A stretch of 64,000 bases of DNA, taken from the NCBI RefSeq assembly GCF_044704955.1, contig NC_091999.1, positions 26,288,001 to 26,352,000 of the forward strand, read 5' to 3'. The stretch's first letter is position 1. The number at the start of each line of letters is the position of its first letter. A program made the translations under genes and the position numbers. This DNA comes from Pristiophorus japonicus (taxonomy: Eukaryota). The notes under the pieces are model-generated. The model was given only the letters and a program-made list of their open reading frames with translations. It had not been told where the DNA came from and did no database searches. Shown in pieces: positions 27,600 to 38,499 of this stretch.

Positions 27600-27787
27600 A
27601 TGATGCGGAAGGTGTGATGTGGATCCAGAAACCGCCCCTATCTGGGAATCAATGGGCGGCGCCTGTGACCTCGCCCCCATCTCCCGGCTATTTAACTGCC
27701 GGTCATTGCGACCGCAATACAACAGTCTGGAAGTGGGTTTGCTCAGTGAGTTCTTGCCGGAACCATTCATCACACATTGCCAGGAGG
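27600..27787 (+). promoter_or_regulatory. VH promoter region
   Basis: TATA-like TATTTAA at 27689-27695, ~95 bp upstream of the leader ATG; GC boxes and an ETS-like GCGGAAG at ~27605; no ATGCAAAT octamer. Confidence 0.6.
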
Positions 27788-27833
27788 ATGAGGTTGGCGA
27801 TTTCTCTCAGTGTGTTGCTGGTTTTCTTTTCCC
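27788..27833 (+). CDS. IGHV: Ig heavy-chain leader exon (MRLAISLSVLLVFFS-R)
   Basis: ATG, hydrophobic signal peptide, phase-1 donor GTGAGT at 27834; 126-bp intron to ttttcacAG at 27959. Confidence 0.95.
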
Positions 27834-27959
27834 GTGAGTAGTTTTTATTGTCCAATCTCTCACTGTTACTGTCTCAGTGTTAGTTTCTCTCTGGAATGTT
27901 ACAGAGTCAGGAATCATTTCACCAGGATTGATCGTAGGGGTTTTTGATTATTTTCACAG

Positions 27960-28264
27960 GTGTCCAGTCGGATGTGGTGTTGACTCAGCCCGAGGCAGAG
28001 ACCAGGATTCCCGGGGTCTCCCTGAGACTGACCTGTAAAACCAGCGGCTTCGATCTTGGTGGCAGCTACATGTACTGGATCCGCCAGATTCCCGGACAGG
28101 GGCTGGAGTGGCTGCTTCAGTATTACAGTCCATCGAACAAGTATTATGCCGCAGGGATTGCGAGCCGATTTACTGCGTCCAAAGACACTTCAAACAACAT
28201 CTTCGCGCTGGACATGAAGAACCTGAAGAGCGAAGACACCGCCATCTATTACTGTGCAAGGTAC
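27960..28264 (+). CDS. IGHV: Ig heavy-chain V segment (shark IgM-type VH), germline unrearranged
   Basis: VQS|[10 protein letters not shown]...[13 protein letters not shown]...[12 protein letters not shown]...[33 protein letters not shown]; both Cys and the Trp are conserved; open frame. Confidence 0.98.
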
Positions 28265-28303
28265 CACAGCGAGAGGAACCAGGGCTGGACCCGTACAAGA
28301 ACA
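28265..28303 (+). other. V 3' RSS, 23-bp spacer
   Basis: CACAGCG (28265-28271), 23 bp, ACAAGAACA (28295-28303). Confidence 0.92.
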
Positions 28304-28710
28304 GATCGAGAGGGAATTCAACAATTTTCATCATAACCTGACGGTCAGTAAGTGTGACAAATGCAATGTTAACAACAGTGTTCAGAACAAGACCATAAAC
28401 CGCTTCTTACAAAACTAAGACACTGAGAATTCAATGGTGAAAATCTAACACACTAACCCATGTACTGAGGGGTAGTTTTGGTTGTGCTCCTGTTTAATGT
28501 GAGCAGTGTCAGCAATTGCAGAGCTGGAGATGATGCTCGATTCACTGTGCCTGGTACATGCAGGGAGCTGGTTGGAAGTGTGTTCACTTTCTATTGTGTT
28601 GTGTAAACTGTTGGCTAAATTCTAAACTTGATCAGAAGCGAATGTGTATTTGAAGTGAATGTCTATTTGAAGTGTACGTTGAGAGTTAGTACTGAGCAGA
28701 GAGTGAGGGC

Positions 28711-28738
28711 AGTATTTGTGCGGGTTCCTGTCACTGTG
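28711..28738 (+). other. D 5' RSS, 12-bp spacer
   Basis: AGTATTTGT (28711-28719), 12 bp, CACTGTG (28732-28738). Confidence 0.9.
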
Positions 28739-28755
28739 GGACTACAGCAGTGGGC
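28739..28755 (+). CDS. IGHD: DH segment (D1-type), GGACTACAGCAGTGGGC
   Basis: 17 nt between a 12-RSS and a 22-RSS; all three frames open (GLQQW / DYSSG / TTAVG). Confidence 0.93.
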
Positions 28756-28793
28756 CACGGTGGTATACAGAGCGAGCTTACCATACAAAAACC
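28756..28793 (+). other. D 3' RSS, 22-bp spacer
   Basis: CACGGTG (28756-28762), 22 bp, consensus ACAAAAACC (28785-28793). Confidence 0.93.
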
Positions 28794-29108
28794 CCAGACA
28801 TGGAATTTGCACAAACATGCGATCGCTACCACGCCAGGAGCGTCGAAGGAACTGAGGTTTAAGTAAAAATAATAAGTGGAAGTAAGATATATATATATTT
28901 AAATGTATCACATTTTTCTGCTTTATTACTCTTGATTGACATGCTGAATCTGCACAGCTGCTTCAGAAGTATTCCAATCATTTTTTATAAATATAATGAA
29001 CGGTACAAACTGAAATATCTCACTGATTCACTCTTAGGGGAGTCAGAATCAGGCTTTCAAAGCTGCGTGCAAATTAATCTCTGTATTTTACAGTTAACAG
29101 TCCGCCGG

Positions 29109-29136
29109 AGTATTTGACACAACGTGTCTCACTGTG
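29109..29136 (+). other. RSS 5' of JH, 12-bp spacer
   Basis: AGTATTTGA (29109-29117), 12 bp, CACTGTG (29130-29136); no nonamer-like sequence at 22 or 23 bp spacing (agtccgccg / cagtccgcc). Confidence 0.85.
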
Positions 29137-29184
29137 ACGCTATGGACTACTGGGGACAAGGGACCATGGTGACGGTGACTGCAG
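29137..29184 (+). CDS. IGHJ: JH segment (AMDYWGQGTMVTVTA)
   Basis: WGQG motif, 48 nt, phase-1 donor GTAAGG at 29185. Confidence 0.97.
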
Positions 29185-29294
29185 GTAAGGAACATTCACT
29201 CATTCAGTAACTCTTGTATTTGTGTCTTTATTTTATATTTTTGTTTATTTTAATAATTATTTCGTTCACTGAAACTTGGGTTCGGTGGATTTTG

Positions 29295-30490
29295 TTTTGA
29301 GATTTTTTGCAATGCTCAATGTGATTCTGCTGCAAAATGATTATAGAATTCAACAGTTTCTCCACAGAAAATGTTGTTGATGTGATTTGGTGTTTATTCG
29401 CTGACGACTGTGTGCCTGGGTTACTTTAAATACTTTATGGTTGTTACACTGTTTGACGTTTCTGCAATGTTTAATCTCGGTGACCTCTGATTGTTGCAGT
29501 TCTTCTGATCGAATGCAAACATTGTGTTTAAATCTATTTAAAGGAACATTGTAGGCACAAAACAGAAAGCTTAGCGATCAGTAAATAATCTTAAGGAATT
29601 TAATGTTTTTTAATTAAAATTACATTCTCATCAACTGAGCGAATGATCCCGAACTCTCAGATTAAATACGTGAAGTGTTACTGTAATTAAGAACTGAAAA
29701 ATTAATATTTCCAGCCGGAAGATTTAAATTAATATTACTAACATTATTATAATGTAGTAATATCACCAATTATTATTAAATATGCTATAATATGAACATT
29801 AATTTATTCAGCATGATCTGTCAAATCACAATTCTGCTGTCAGTATTTTACATTTCTGTTGAATTCAATCATTAGTTATTTCATTGTTAGGCGGGTTTGG
29901 TGATTGTGTAATGAGATTTTTTGCAAGGATACATTTGATTCTGCTGAAAGAGTTTATAGAATGAAGGGTCTGCTCCATGAAAGATTCTGTCGAGGGATTC
30001 CGCCCCTCAGTGATGTGATTTAGTGTTGATCTGCTGAGGAGAGTTTGTGCCTGTGTTACTCAGAATACCGAGAATTTGTGAAGCAGTTTCGCGTTTCTAC
30101 AATGTTTAATATCGGTGTCAGCGAGCAGCAGCAGGTTTACGCTCGAATGCAATAATGATATATGTTTGAAACTGTTTGGAAACAGATTGTAGGCAGAGAA
30201 CAGGAAGGTGTTAGAAATCATAAATCATTGAAATGTATTTTAACATAACAATTATTGAAGTGATAATTATATATTCAACTATTAATCTATGTTTACGATG
30301 CTGATATTTTATTGTGTGAAATGTAACTAATTACCATATACATAATTAATAAGTGTTTAGGTTGTAGTGGAATTAAATTAATATTAACCAACCGATTATA
30401 ATGCGATACCTCCCAGTGTTATTAAAATATGCTATAAGTTCAATTCTCATTTACTTAATATTATTCGCCTTCCAAAATCCTGCTGTACAC
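29295..30490 (+). repeat. Old ~600-bp tandem duplication at the 5' end of the J-C intron
   Basis: Shared blocks tgagattttttgcaa, tgatgtgattt, caatgtttaat, cgaatgcaa, attgtaggca and aaatatgctataa recur in the same order with ~610-660 bp offset. Confidence 0.8.
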
Positions 30491-31854
30491 TGGGCACCAT
30501 TAAAGAGAGCGGAAACTTTTAGAGGCTGGATACAGTTATTAATTATGCCTGCAATTATTTCACTGACAACAGACTGATTCCAGCGCTGTGTTCAGATTGA
30601 TTAGGGTTTTCAATTACTTGCTACCTCCTGTTTACACAGATGCATGACTGAGCACAATTATTTGTAACTTAAAGCCGTGTTTTATATTGCATTTTTTCCA
30701 TTTAATATATCTGCCGGTGTATGACATTCTTACTGTGCAGCCGAAATTTGTTATTGAATAGATATTGTGTGTTGTTTGATAGAATTATCACTAAACTAAT
30801 CTTGAACACTTTGCAAGACCAAAAGCTGTCTCTCAATAACAAATCTTGGCTGTATTAGTAAGGCTGAAATTCTGCACATTAAGTTAATTTCAAATGTTTC
30901 AGGTAAGTGTGCTTCTGAGGAGGAAGGGCCAGACAGGCACTCAGATTATTTTCAATAATCAGCGAACATGAACATTAATTAGAATGTAACATCAGTGATC
31001 ATTTATTAAACATAAATGATCCCTTGCAATTGCGTTGCATACTGGTTCGTATTATAGTTATTGCAAAACCTCAATGGTTGGAGAGAATGTTTAATTAATT
31101 CCTAAATTAATTTATAAATCAATGCATTTATAACTCGGCTGTGCTGAGTTCGATAAGGTGCCGCTGCAGATTTTAGTGAATTAACTTCCTGTTTTGCCTC
31201 GATGATTTTACACGTTATATTTACTGATGAAAATATATCAAATTAGTGGGTGATCAGGTTTCAATGTAGATGTCTCCTGGATTGTGACATTCTTATTCTG
31301 TCACCGAGTCCCATGCGACAGGCAGCAAATTCCCGTGGAATGTGAATTATTTCCAGATACTTGCTTTCAGGGGAGTTAATTTTTGCACGGTTTAGAAGAT
31401 AGCTGACAGAGATGGGAAAATGGCTGGATGTTGCAGAGTCTCTCAAATTAATATCAGTTTAATTTTAAAAAATTTGCAGAGTTGAGGTGGTTGGAAATTG
31501 ACAAGAAATAAATTAGAAATCAAACAGCTTAATTGAAATTAAGAGATTGAACTGGACTCTCTGCCTGGAGCACCATTGTTGCACCGTTTGTGTTTGTTCT
31601 GTTTCTGTGCGCCTGCTCACTGTGTGAGAATCAGGAGTCCTTCTGACTGGTTGTAAACCTTCTGGGTTGTGATTCTGTATTGCGGAGAGTGTAATTTAAC
31701 TCAGTTATTTAAGGAACTGGTATATGTGAGAAACGTGAAAGATTTAATTTAAGTTTGATGAGTCGCCGCAGAAATGAAATCGGTAACCCAGATTGTGGTA
31801 ATCAGAAGGAGCAGTTCCGAAACACCACGGGAAGACAGTAGAAGGAGCTTTAAT

Positions 31855-32140
31855 CATTTTCTAACCCGGTTGTACCTGCCCTGGGAGTGTTTGATGGGAC
31901 AGGGCAGAAGGAGCTTTACTCTGTATCTAGCCCATGCTGTATGTGCCCTGGGAGTGTTTGATGGGACAGTGTAGAGGGAGTGTTACTCTGTATCTGACCC
32001 ATACTGTACCTGCTCTGGGCATGTTTGATGGGACAATGTAGAGGGAGCTTTACTCTGTATCTTGACCCATGCTGTACCTGCCCTGTGCGGATTGATGGCA
32101 CAGTACAGAAATAATTTTACTCGGAATCTAAACCTTGTTA
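31855..32140 (+). repeat. ~65-bp minisatellite
   Basis: About 4 tandem units. Confidence 0.85.
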
Positions 32141-32381
32141 TATTTGACCCGTCTTACAGGGTAGTGTAGTTTAATATGCATTCATCCTTTGCTTTACATG
32201 ACCTTACAGCGCCAGACAGATCAGTGAAGAGGGAGATTTACTCTATCGAATCTATCTTGTATCTCATTTGAGTGATTTTCTAAAAATATTGAAGAAACTT
32301 CAATCTGCATGTAACTAATTAGTAATGTTTATGCAGTTTGAGCATCAGATAATTATTGAATGAGATTGGTCTGAACCTAAG

Positions 32382-33191
32382 GTTATCCACTTTGGTGGTA
32401 AAAACAGAGAGGCAGACTATTATCTGAATGGTGACAGATTAGGTAAAGGGGAGGTGCAACGAGACCTGGGTATCATGGTACATAATTTATTGAAGGTTGT
32501 CATGCAGGTACAGCAGGCGGTTAAGAAAGCAAATGGCATGTTGGCCTTCATAGCGAGAGGATTTGAGTACAGGGAAGGGAGGTGTTATTACAGTTGTACA
32601 GGGTCTTGGTGAGGCCACACCTGGAGTATTGTGTACAATTTTGGTCTCCTAACTTGAGGAAGGACATTTTTGCTATTGAGGGAGTGCAGCGAAGGTTCAC
32701 CAGACTGATTTCCAGGCTGGCGGGAATGACATATCAAGAAAGACTGGATCAACTAGGCTTGTATTCACTGGAGTTCAGAAGAATGAGAGGGGATCTCATA
32801 GAAACCTTTTAAATTCTGACGGGTTTAGACAGATTAGATGCAGGAAGAATGTTCCCAATGTTGGGAAAGTCCAGAATCAGGGGTCACAGTCTAAGGATAA
32901 GGGGTAAACCATTTAGTACCGAGATTATGAGACACTTCTTCACCCAGAGAGTGGTGAACGTGTGGAATTCTCAGCCACAGAAAGTTGTTGAGGCCAATTC
33001 ACTAAATATATTCAAAAACGAGTTAGATGACGTCCTTACTACTCGGGGGATCAAGGGGTATGGCGAGAAAGCAGGAATGGGTTACTGAAGTTGCATGTTC
33101 AGCCATGAACTCATTGAATGGCGGTGCAAGCTCGAAGGGCCGAATGGCCTGCTCCTGCACCTATTTTCTATGTTGCTATGTTTCAATGTTT
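32382..33191 (+). mobile_element. 5'-truncated CR1 LINE in the J-C intron, flanked by CTAAG direct repeats
   Basis: ORFs LYRVLVRPHLEYCVQFWSP and FFTQRVVNVWNS; (TTCTATGT)-like tail; CTAAG at 32377-32381 and 33192-33196. Confidence 0.92.
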
Positions 33192-33274
33192 CTAAGCTCA
33201 CTTTCCGAACAAACAGTTTCAGGAAAGCAGCGCCTCGTCCGATCTGATGGGTGCTCCAATTTATTTTGGCAATG

Positions 33275-33950
33275 TTGTACCTGCACTGAGACTGTTTGAT
33301 GGGACACTGTAGAGGAAGATTATTCTGTACCTGTCTTGGGAGTGTATGATGGGACAGTGTAGAGAAAGCATTATTCTTTATCCAAGCCTTACTGTACCTG
33401 CCGTGAATGTGTTTAATTAGCAGTGTGGAGGGAAATTTACTTTTTATCTAACTCGTGCCGTACCTGCCCTGGGAGTGTTTGATGTGACAGTGAAGAGGGA
33501 GCTTTACTTTGCAACTGACCCGTGCTTTAACTTATCTGGCAGTGCTTGATGGGACATTGCAGAGATAGCTTTACTCAGTATTTAACCTTTTATTTACAAG
33601 GACGCGGAGCTTAATTGGGTCCTTCAATATCGATTGATCTTCTATTTAATCAGAGCTATATATCAGTGGGTGCGCTTTAATGGATCAGTGTATGGGAAGC
33701 TTTTCTTTGTACTTGTGATAATTGTGCTTAATTAATCGATCAATTTGATAACGCATTTTATGGGGAGATATTTCGTAGCACATCTCTGCAGTTCTTGAGC
33801 TGGGAATGTTTGACGGGATAGTATAGATAACATATTACTCTGTGTGCAACACTTGCTATACCTGTCCTGACCCACACGGCAGCACAGCGGGAGCTTTGTT
33901 CTCTTATCCGTGCTGTATCTGACCTGAGAGTGCTTGGTCAGGCAATGTTC
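33275..33950 (+). repeat. Degenerate ~65-bp minisatellite
   Basis: Units of cctgccctgggagtgtttgatgggacagtg. Confidence 0.75.
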
Positions 33951-34659
33951 AAGGCACCGTTATCTGCGACTAACAGATAGCAGATAAACTACTCATGCCA
34001 GATATAAACAATAAATCGTCCCATTGCCCAGATTAAACAACGCACATTCATTGATGTTTCTATTCTTTCTGAAAAAAATGCCCAATTTTTAATGCGTTAT
34101 TAATGTTTGAACATTTTGAGCATTAGATTACTATTGAAAACGATTGGCCTGATCCTCAGCTCACTTTCAGAACAAACCGTTTCAGGAAGTGAATAACGCT
34201 CCAGAAAGCAGCGCCTGTTCTGATCTGTTGGGAGGCTGTAAGTTATTTTCACAATTTAAATGGAGAATATAGGGACTGCCGCTTCAAATAACCGTCATGG
34301 GGACCTCATGTTTAGAAACATTATTTTGTCCAATTTTTCCTGTAATGTTCAAGGCAGGGAGAAACTTTGATGAGATGCAGCTATTGGCCTGGGTCACAAC
34401 ACAAGGCACACAGTCACTGAGCTGCAATTCTGTGAAACATTTAAAGAGATAGACTCAACCTGCAATAAGTCATCATTCGTAATGAATTTAAGCCTTTCTA
34501 ACAACATGCGATTGACTAATTTGCGTCAGATTTATAAGATCCCTTTATTTTAAATATCCTCTTTCATTTTAACGAACAATAAAAATAGATCTGGTAGAGG
34601 TGTCCAAAATATGAAGCGTTTCCTTCCATTAAATGTAGAAGAACTATTCCCACTGACTC

Positions 34660-35580
34660 GTGTAGAATGATAGTATCTCACAGCACTGAAACAGGCCATT
34701 CAGGCATCGTGCTTGTGCCGGTTCTGAAAGAGCTGTCCAATTTAGCCAAACTCACCAGGGTTTTCCTTGTAAACGTGCACATGAGTCCTCCTGAAGTAGA
34801 GGAGGAACTGCCTGGAGCATTCCTGAAATTACCAACCCTCTGTGTGAAAAAATTACCCCAATTTTCCCTTTTGATCTTTTGCCAATTATTTTAAATCTGT
34901 GATCTTTAGTTACCCACCTACTTTCCAGCGGAAGCAGTTTCTCCCTACTTGCTCTATCAAAACCTGTCATAATGTTGAATATCTCTCTTAGGTCTCCTCT
35001 TAACCTCTGCTCTAAGGAGAACGGCCCAGCTTCTCCAATCTTTCCACATAACTGAAGACCACATCCCTGGCATCATCCTGGTAAAAGCCTCCCCTCTACA
35101 CTCCCCAAGGGCTTGACATCCTTCCTACATTGTTGTTACAGAATTGTGCACAATACGCCAGCTGAGGTCTAACACGTGATCTGTAAGTTTAGCATAACCG
35201 CCTTGTTTTGTAGTCAATGGCCCATTTACAAAGTCATCTATCCCATACGCTTTCATAACTGTCTTACCAGTTTGCCCTGCCCCCTTCAAAGATTTGTGAA
35301 TATGTACATCTAGATCTCTCTATTCGTGCATCCCCTCCAAACAATACTACTTAGATTATACTGCATCTCCATCTTCCACCCAATGTGCATTGCTTCTCAA
35401 TGATTCGCATTAAATTGCAATTGCCATGTCCTGATCCATTTCATTTATCACCCTCATGGAGTCTGCTGCTATCATGCTCACTATTGGCTACGTTGCCAGG
35501 TTTTGCATCACCTTCGAACTTCGAAATTGTATTCCCTATAACCAAGTCCAGATCATTGTTATATAACAAGAACAACAATA
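34660..35580 (-). mobile_element. Degraded CR1 LINE
   Basis: MTGFDRASREKLLPL...HRFKIIGKR translation and upstream RT-like fragments. Confidence 0.7.
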
Positions 35581-36336
35581 GGAATTGAAATGGGCCATTT
35601 AAGGAGAAACTTCCAATTAATCAGTTTTTGGAGTGGTATTTTATTCGGATTATTAATTGAGTGGGAGGGAGGAGGAAACTCAAGGGACATGCAATCAATA
35701 GGATGGAATAGAGCCCAGATCACAGTGCACTGAGGGACATCGCTCTCCCTCAAAAGCTGAGAAAGAAAGGGAGAAATTCGACTCAATCGCGGTTCACCTA
35801 CAGTTTGAATCTTAGAAACTAGACTATGGAAATGCTACCTGTTGAATTATGTGGTAGGCAAATTTAGAGGGTTTTTTGCTAACGTCCGAAGCAGGAATTC
35901 CGCTGTTACTTTGAAGTGCAGTCACTGTTGTTTTCTAGGGATACGCCGCAGGCAATGTGCACAGAGCAAATTTCCCCAAACTGCAATTAAATAAAGGACC
36001 AGAAATGGTGCTGATTGAGAAATAAATGCTGGCCGAAATAGCAGGAACACATCTCTGTTCTTCTATTGTATGGTCCAATGTAGGATTCTTTATTGACGAG
36101 TTGTGTAAAGGTTCTTGTTGTGTAATATGATAGAGCTCGGGGATAGAAAGGTGTGTTCCTGACCAGCGCATTGACAGGTGCTTATCATGGAACTGACAGA
36201 AACTCAAATGCCCGTGTAATCTTTGATGGGGAAATGGTGGAATTACTTTATTCTGCAGTCAAATTTCGAGTTGTTTATTTCTTTTATAATCATGGATTAC
36301 AGAGTCTAACTTGTTCAATGGGCCATTTTTTCCCAG

Positions 36337-36636
36337 TAACATCGTCTCCCCCTACCCTCTACGCCCTGCTCTCCTCCTGTGAACAACCAAGCACCGATGG
36401 CTCCATCACATACGGTTGTTTGGCGATGGACTACTCCCCCGATATCACCAGCCTTTCCTGGAAGAAAGATAAAGTGCCGATCACCACTGGATTGAAGACC
36501 TACCCGCCAGTGCTCAACAAGAAGGGAACCTACACCCAGAGCAGCCAGTTAACCATCACCGAGTCAGATGTGGGGAGCAGCACAATCTATTGCGAGGTTC
36601 GACGTGGTGTGTCGGTCTGGGCCATCACAATGCCAG
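36337..36636 (+). CDS. IGHM: IgM constant exon Cmu1
   Basis: Acceptor tttttcccAG; [17 protein letters not shown]...GCLAMDYSP...W...YCEVRRG; donor GTTAGT; 300 nt, phase 1/1. Confidence 0.97.
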
Positions 36637-36679
36637 GTTAGTGGTGTGGGATACAGGGCAAACTGTGATAAGGTGAGAA

Positions 36680-37315
36680 ATTATATTCAACTTGTATAGA
36701 AATTTGGTTAGACCACACTTAGAGTACTGTGTACAGTTCTGCTCTCCATATCATACTTGGAGTACTGTGCACAGTTGTGGCCTCCAAATCATACTTAGAG
36801 TACTGTGTACAGTTCTGCTCTCCCTATCATACTTATAATAATGTGTACAGTTCTGATCTCCATATTACACTTAGAGTATTGTGTACAGTTCTGATTTCCA
36901 TATAATACTTAAAATACTGTGCACAGTTCTAGTCTCCTTATCACATTTAGAATATTACTCACAATTCTGGTTTCCCTCTCATACTTAGAATAGTGTCTAA
37001 AGTTCTGGTCTCCATATCATACTTAGAATATTATGCACAGTTCCGGTCTCCACATCACAGTTTGAATATTGTACACAGTTCTGTTCTCCATATCACACTT
37101 AGAATATTGTTTGAATTCTGGCTTCCATCACCTACTTAGAATACGGTGTAAAGTTCTGGTCTCCATATCATACTTAGAATATTATGCATAATTCTGGTCT
37201 CCATATCACACTTAGAATACTGTGCATGGTTCTGGTCCCCACATCGCACTTAGAATATTATGCACAGTTCTGGTCTGCCTATTACACTGAGAATAATGTG
37301 CACAGTTCTGCTCTC
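36680..37315 (+). repeat. 38-bp minisatellite derived from a CR1 RT segment (~16 units)
   Basis: (acttagagtactgtgtacagttctgctctccatatcat)n, preceded by the CR1 sequence encoding LYRNLVRPHLEYCVQF. Confidence 0.88.
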
Positions 37316-37433
37316 TGTAAATGCCAGGTTAATGTTAGCCTGACAGCAAATAACCTGTTAAAATATAAGGACACTTTGCATTTCTTAATCATTTATTTTC
37401 TGAGCAATGTCAGTAATATGTTTTTTTTTGAAG

Positions 37434-37751
37434 ATCCTGAACGGGACATCGTTCCTCCAACTGTTCTCCTCACGCTGAGTTCCACTGAACAAATCACCAG
37501 CAGCAGATATGCAAGCGCTGTGTGTTCAATCATCGATTTCCGGCCAAAGTCACTGACCGTGAATTGGCTGAAAAGTGGACAACTCCTGGATTCGGGCTTC
37601 ATCACCTCTCCCGTCTTTAAGGTGAACGGGAACTTCTCGACGGCCAGTCGGCTGACGGTCCCCGCCGAGGAATGGTTCACAAGCTCGGTCTACACCTGCC
37701 AGGTCACTCATCAAGGGGTCATGCAAAGCCGTAACTTCAGCAGATCTCAGG
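37434..37751 (+). CDS. IGHM: IgM constant exon Cmu2
   Basis: [13 protein letters not shown]...[18 protein letters not shown]...YTCQVTHQ...SRSQ; acceptor ttttgaAG, donor GTAAGA; 318 nt. Confidence 0.96.
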
Positions 37752-37884
37752 GTAAGAGGCACAATCCCGGGAGGTTCCAGACCATTCTGAGCGCTGACCT
37801 CAGTCATGACTTTTATTGGAATTAGTAAAAAGCAGAGGACTGTTCCTAATTTCCAATCATGCAGTTTGTGTATTCTTGCGATAC

Positions 37885-38312
37885 AAACTTGCCTTTATAC
37901 AGCGCTTTCAGCGACCACAGACTGAACCAAAGCGCTTGCCAGCCAATGAATTAAGTTGTGAAATGTGGTCACAGTTGTAATTTACAAAGTACGGCAGTCA
38001 TTTAGTGCACAGCAAGCTCCCACAAACAGCAGTGTGATAATGACCATTTTTTTTTGAGTGATATTTTTTGACGGATAAATATTCCCATGCCACCAGGGAG
38101 AACTCCTCTGCTTTTCATTGAAGTAATGCCAGGGTATCTTTTACCTCCACCTGAGAGGACAGACGGATCCTCGGTTTAACAGCTGATCTGACAGACGGCA
38201 CCTCCGATCGTGTGCCATGCCCCCAGTGCTGCACTGGGAGACTCAGCTTACATTTTGTGATCAAGTATCTGGAGTGGGAATTCAATCCAGGATCTTCTGG
38301 TTCAGGATTCCT
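37885..38312 (-). mobile_element. Deu-domain SINE (SacSINE1-like)
   Basis: Reverse complement of the element at 15228-15685. Confidence 0.75.
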
Positions 38313-38499
38313 CATTGATCAGGATTTATTAACCTCGCCGAAGAAGCTTTCCTCTTGCTCTGATGTCAGGCAGTGAGTGAAATGTCCTTAGTCACAGGTT
38401 TATCCTGAGTTGGCTGGTCATATACGGAGTGGCAGTAGGAGTCTGGAACCCTTTCCTGCCAACTGTCCAGGAATCCTGCTAGAATGGGCATCTACCCTA

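Noticed and set aside
28522-28570. CACTGTG at 28543-28549 as a possible extra D segment
   Set aside because: No nonamer at 12-bp spacing (agctggaga) and no downstream heptamer-nonamer; isolated heptamer
28794-29108. Search for D2 between D1 and J (e.g. cacagct near 28953)
   Set aside because: No paired heptamers or nonamers found
29185-36336. Class-switch (S) region in the J-C intron
   Set aside because: No AGCT/GAGCT-rich tandem array; the repeats present are dispersed families found throughout the window
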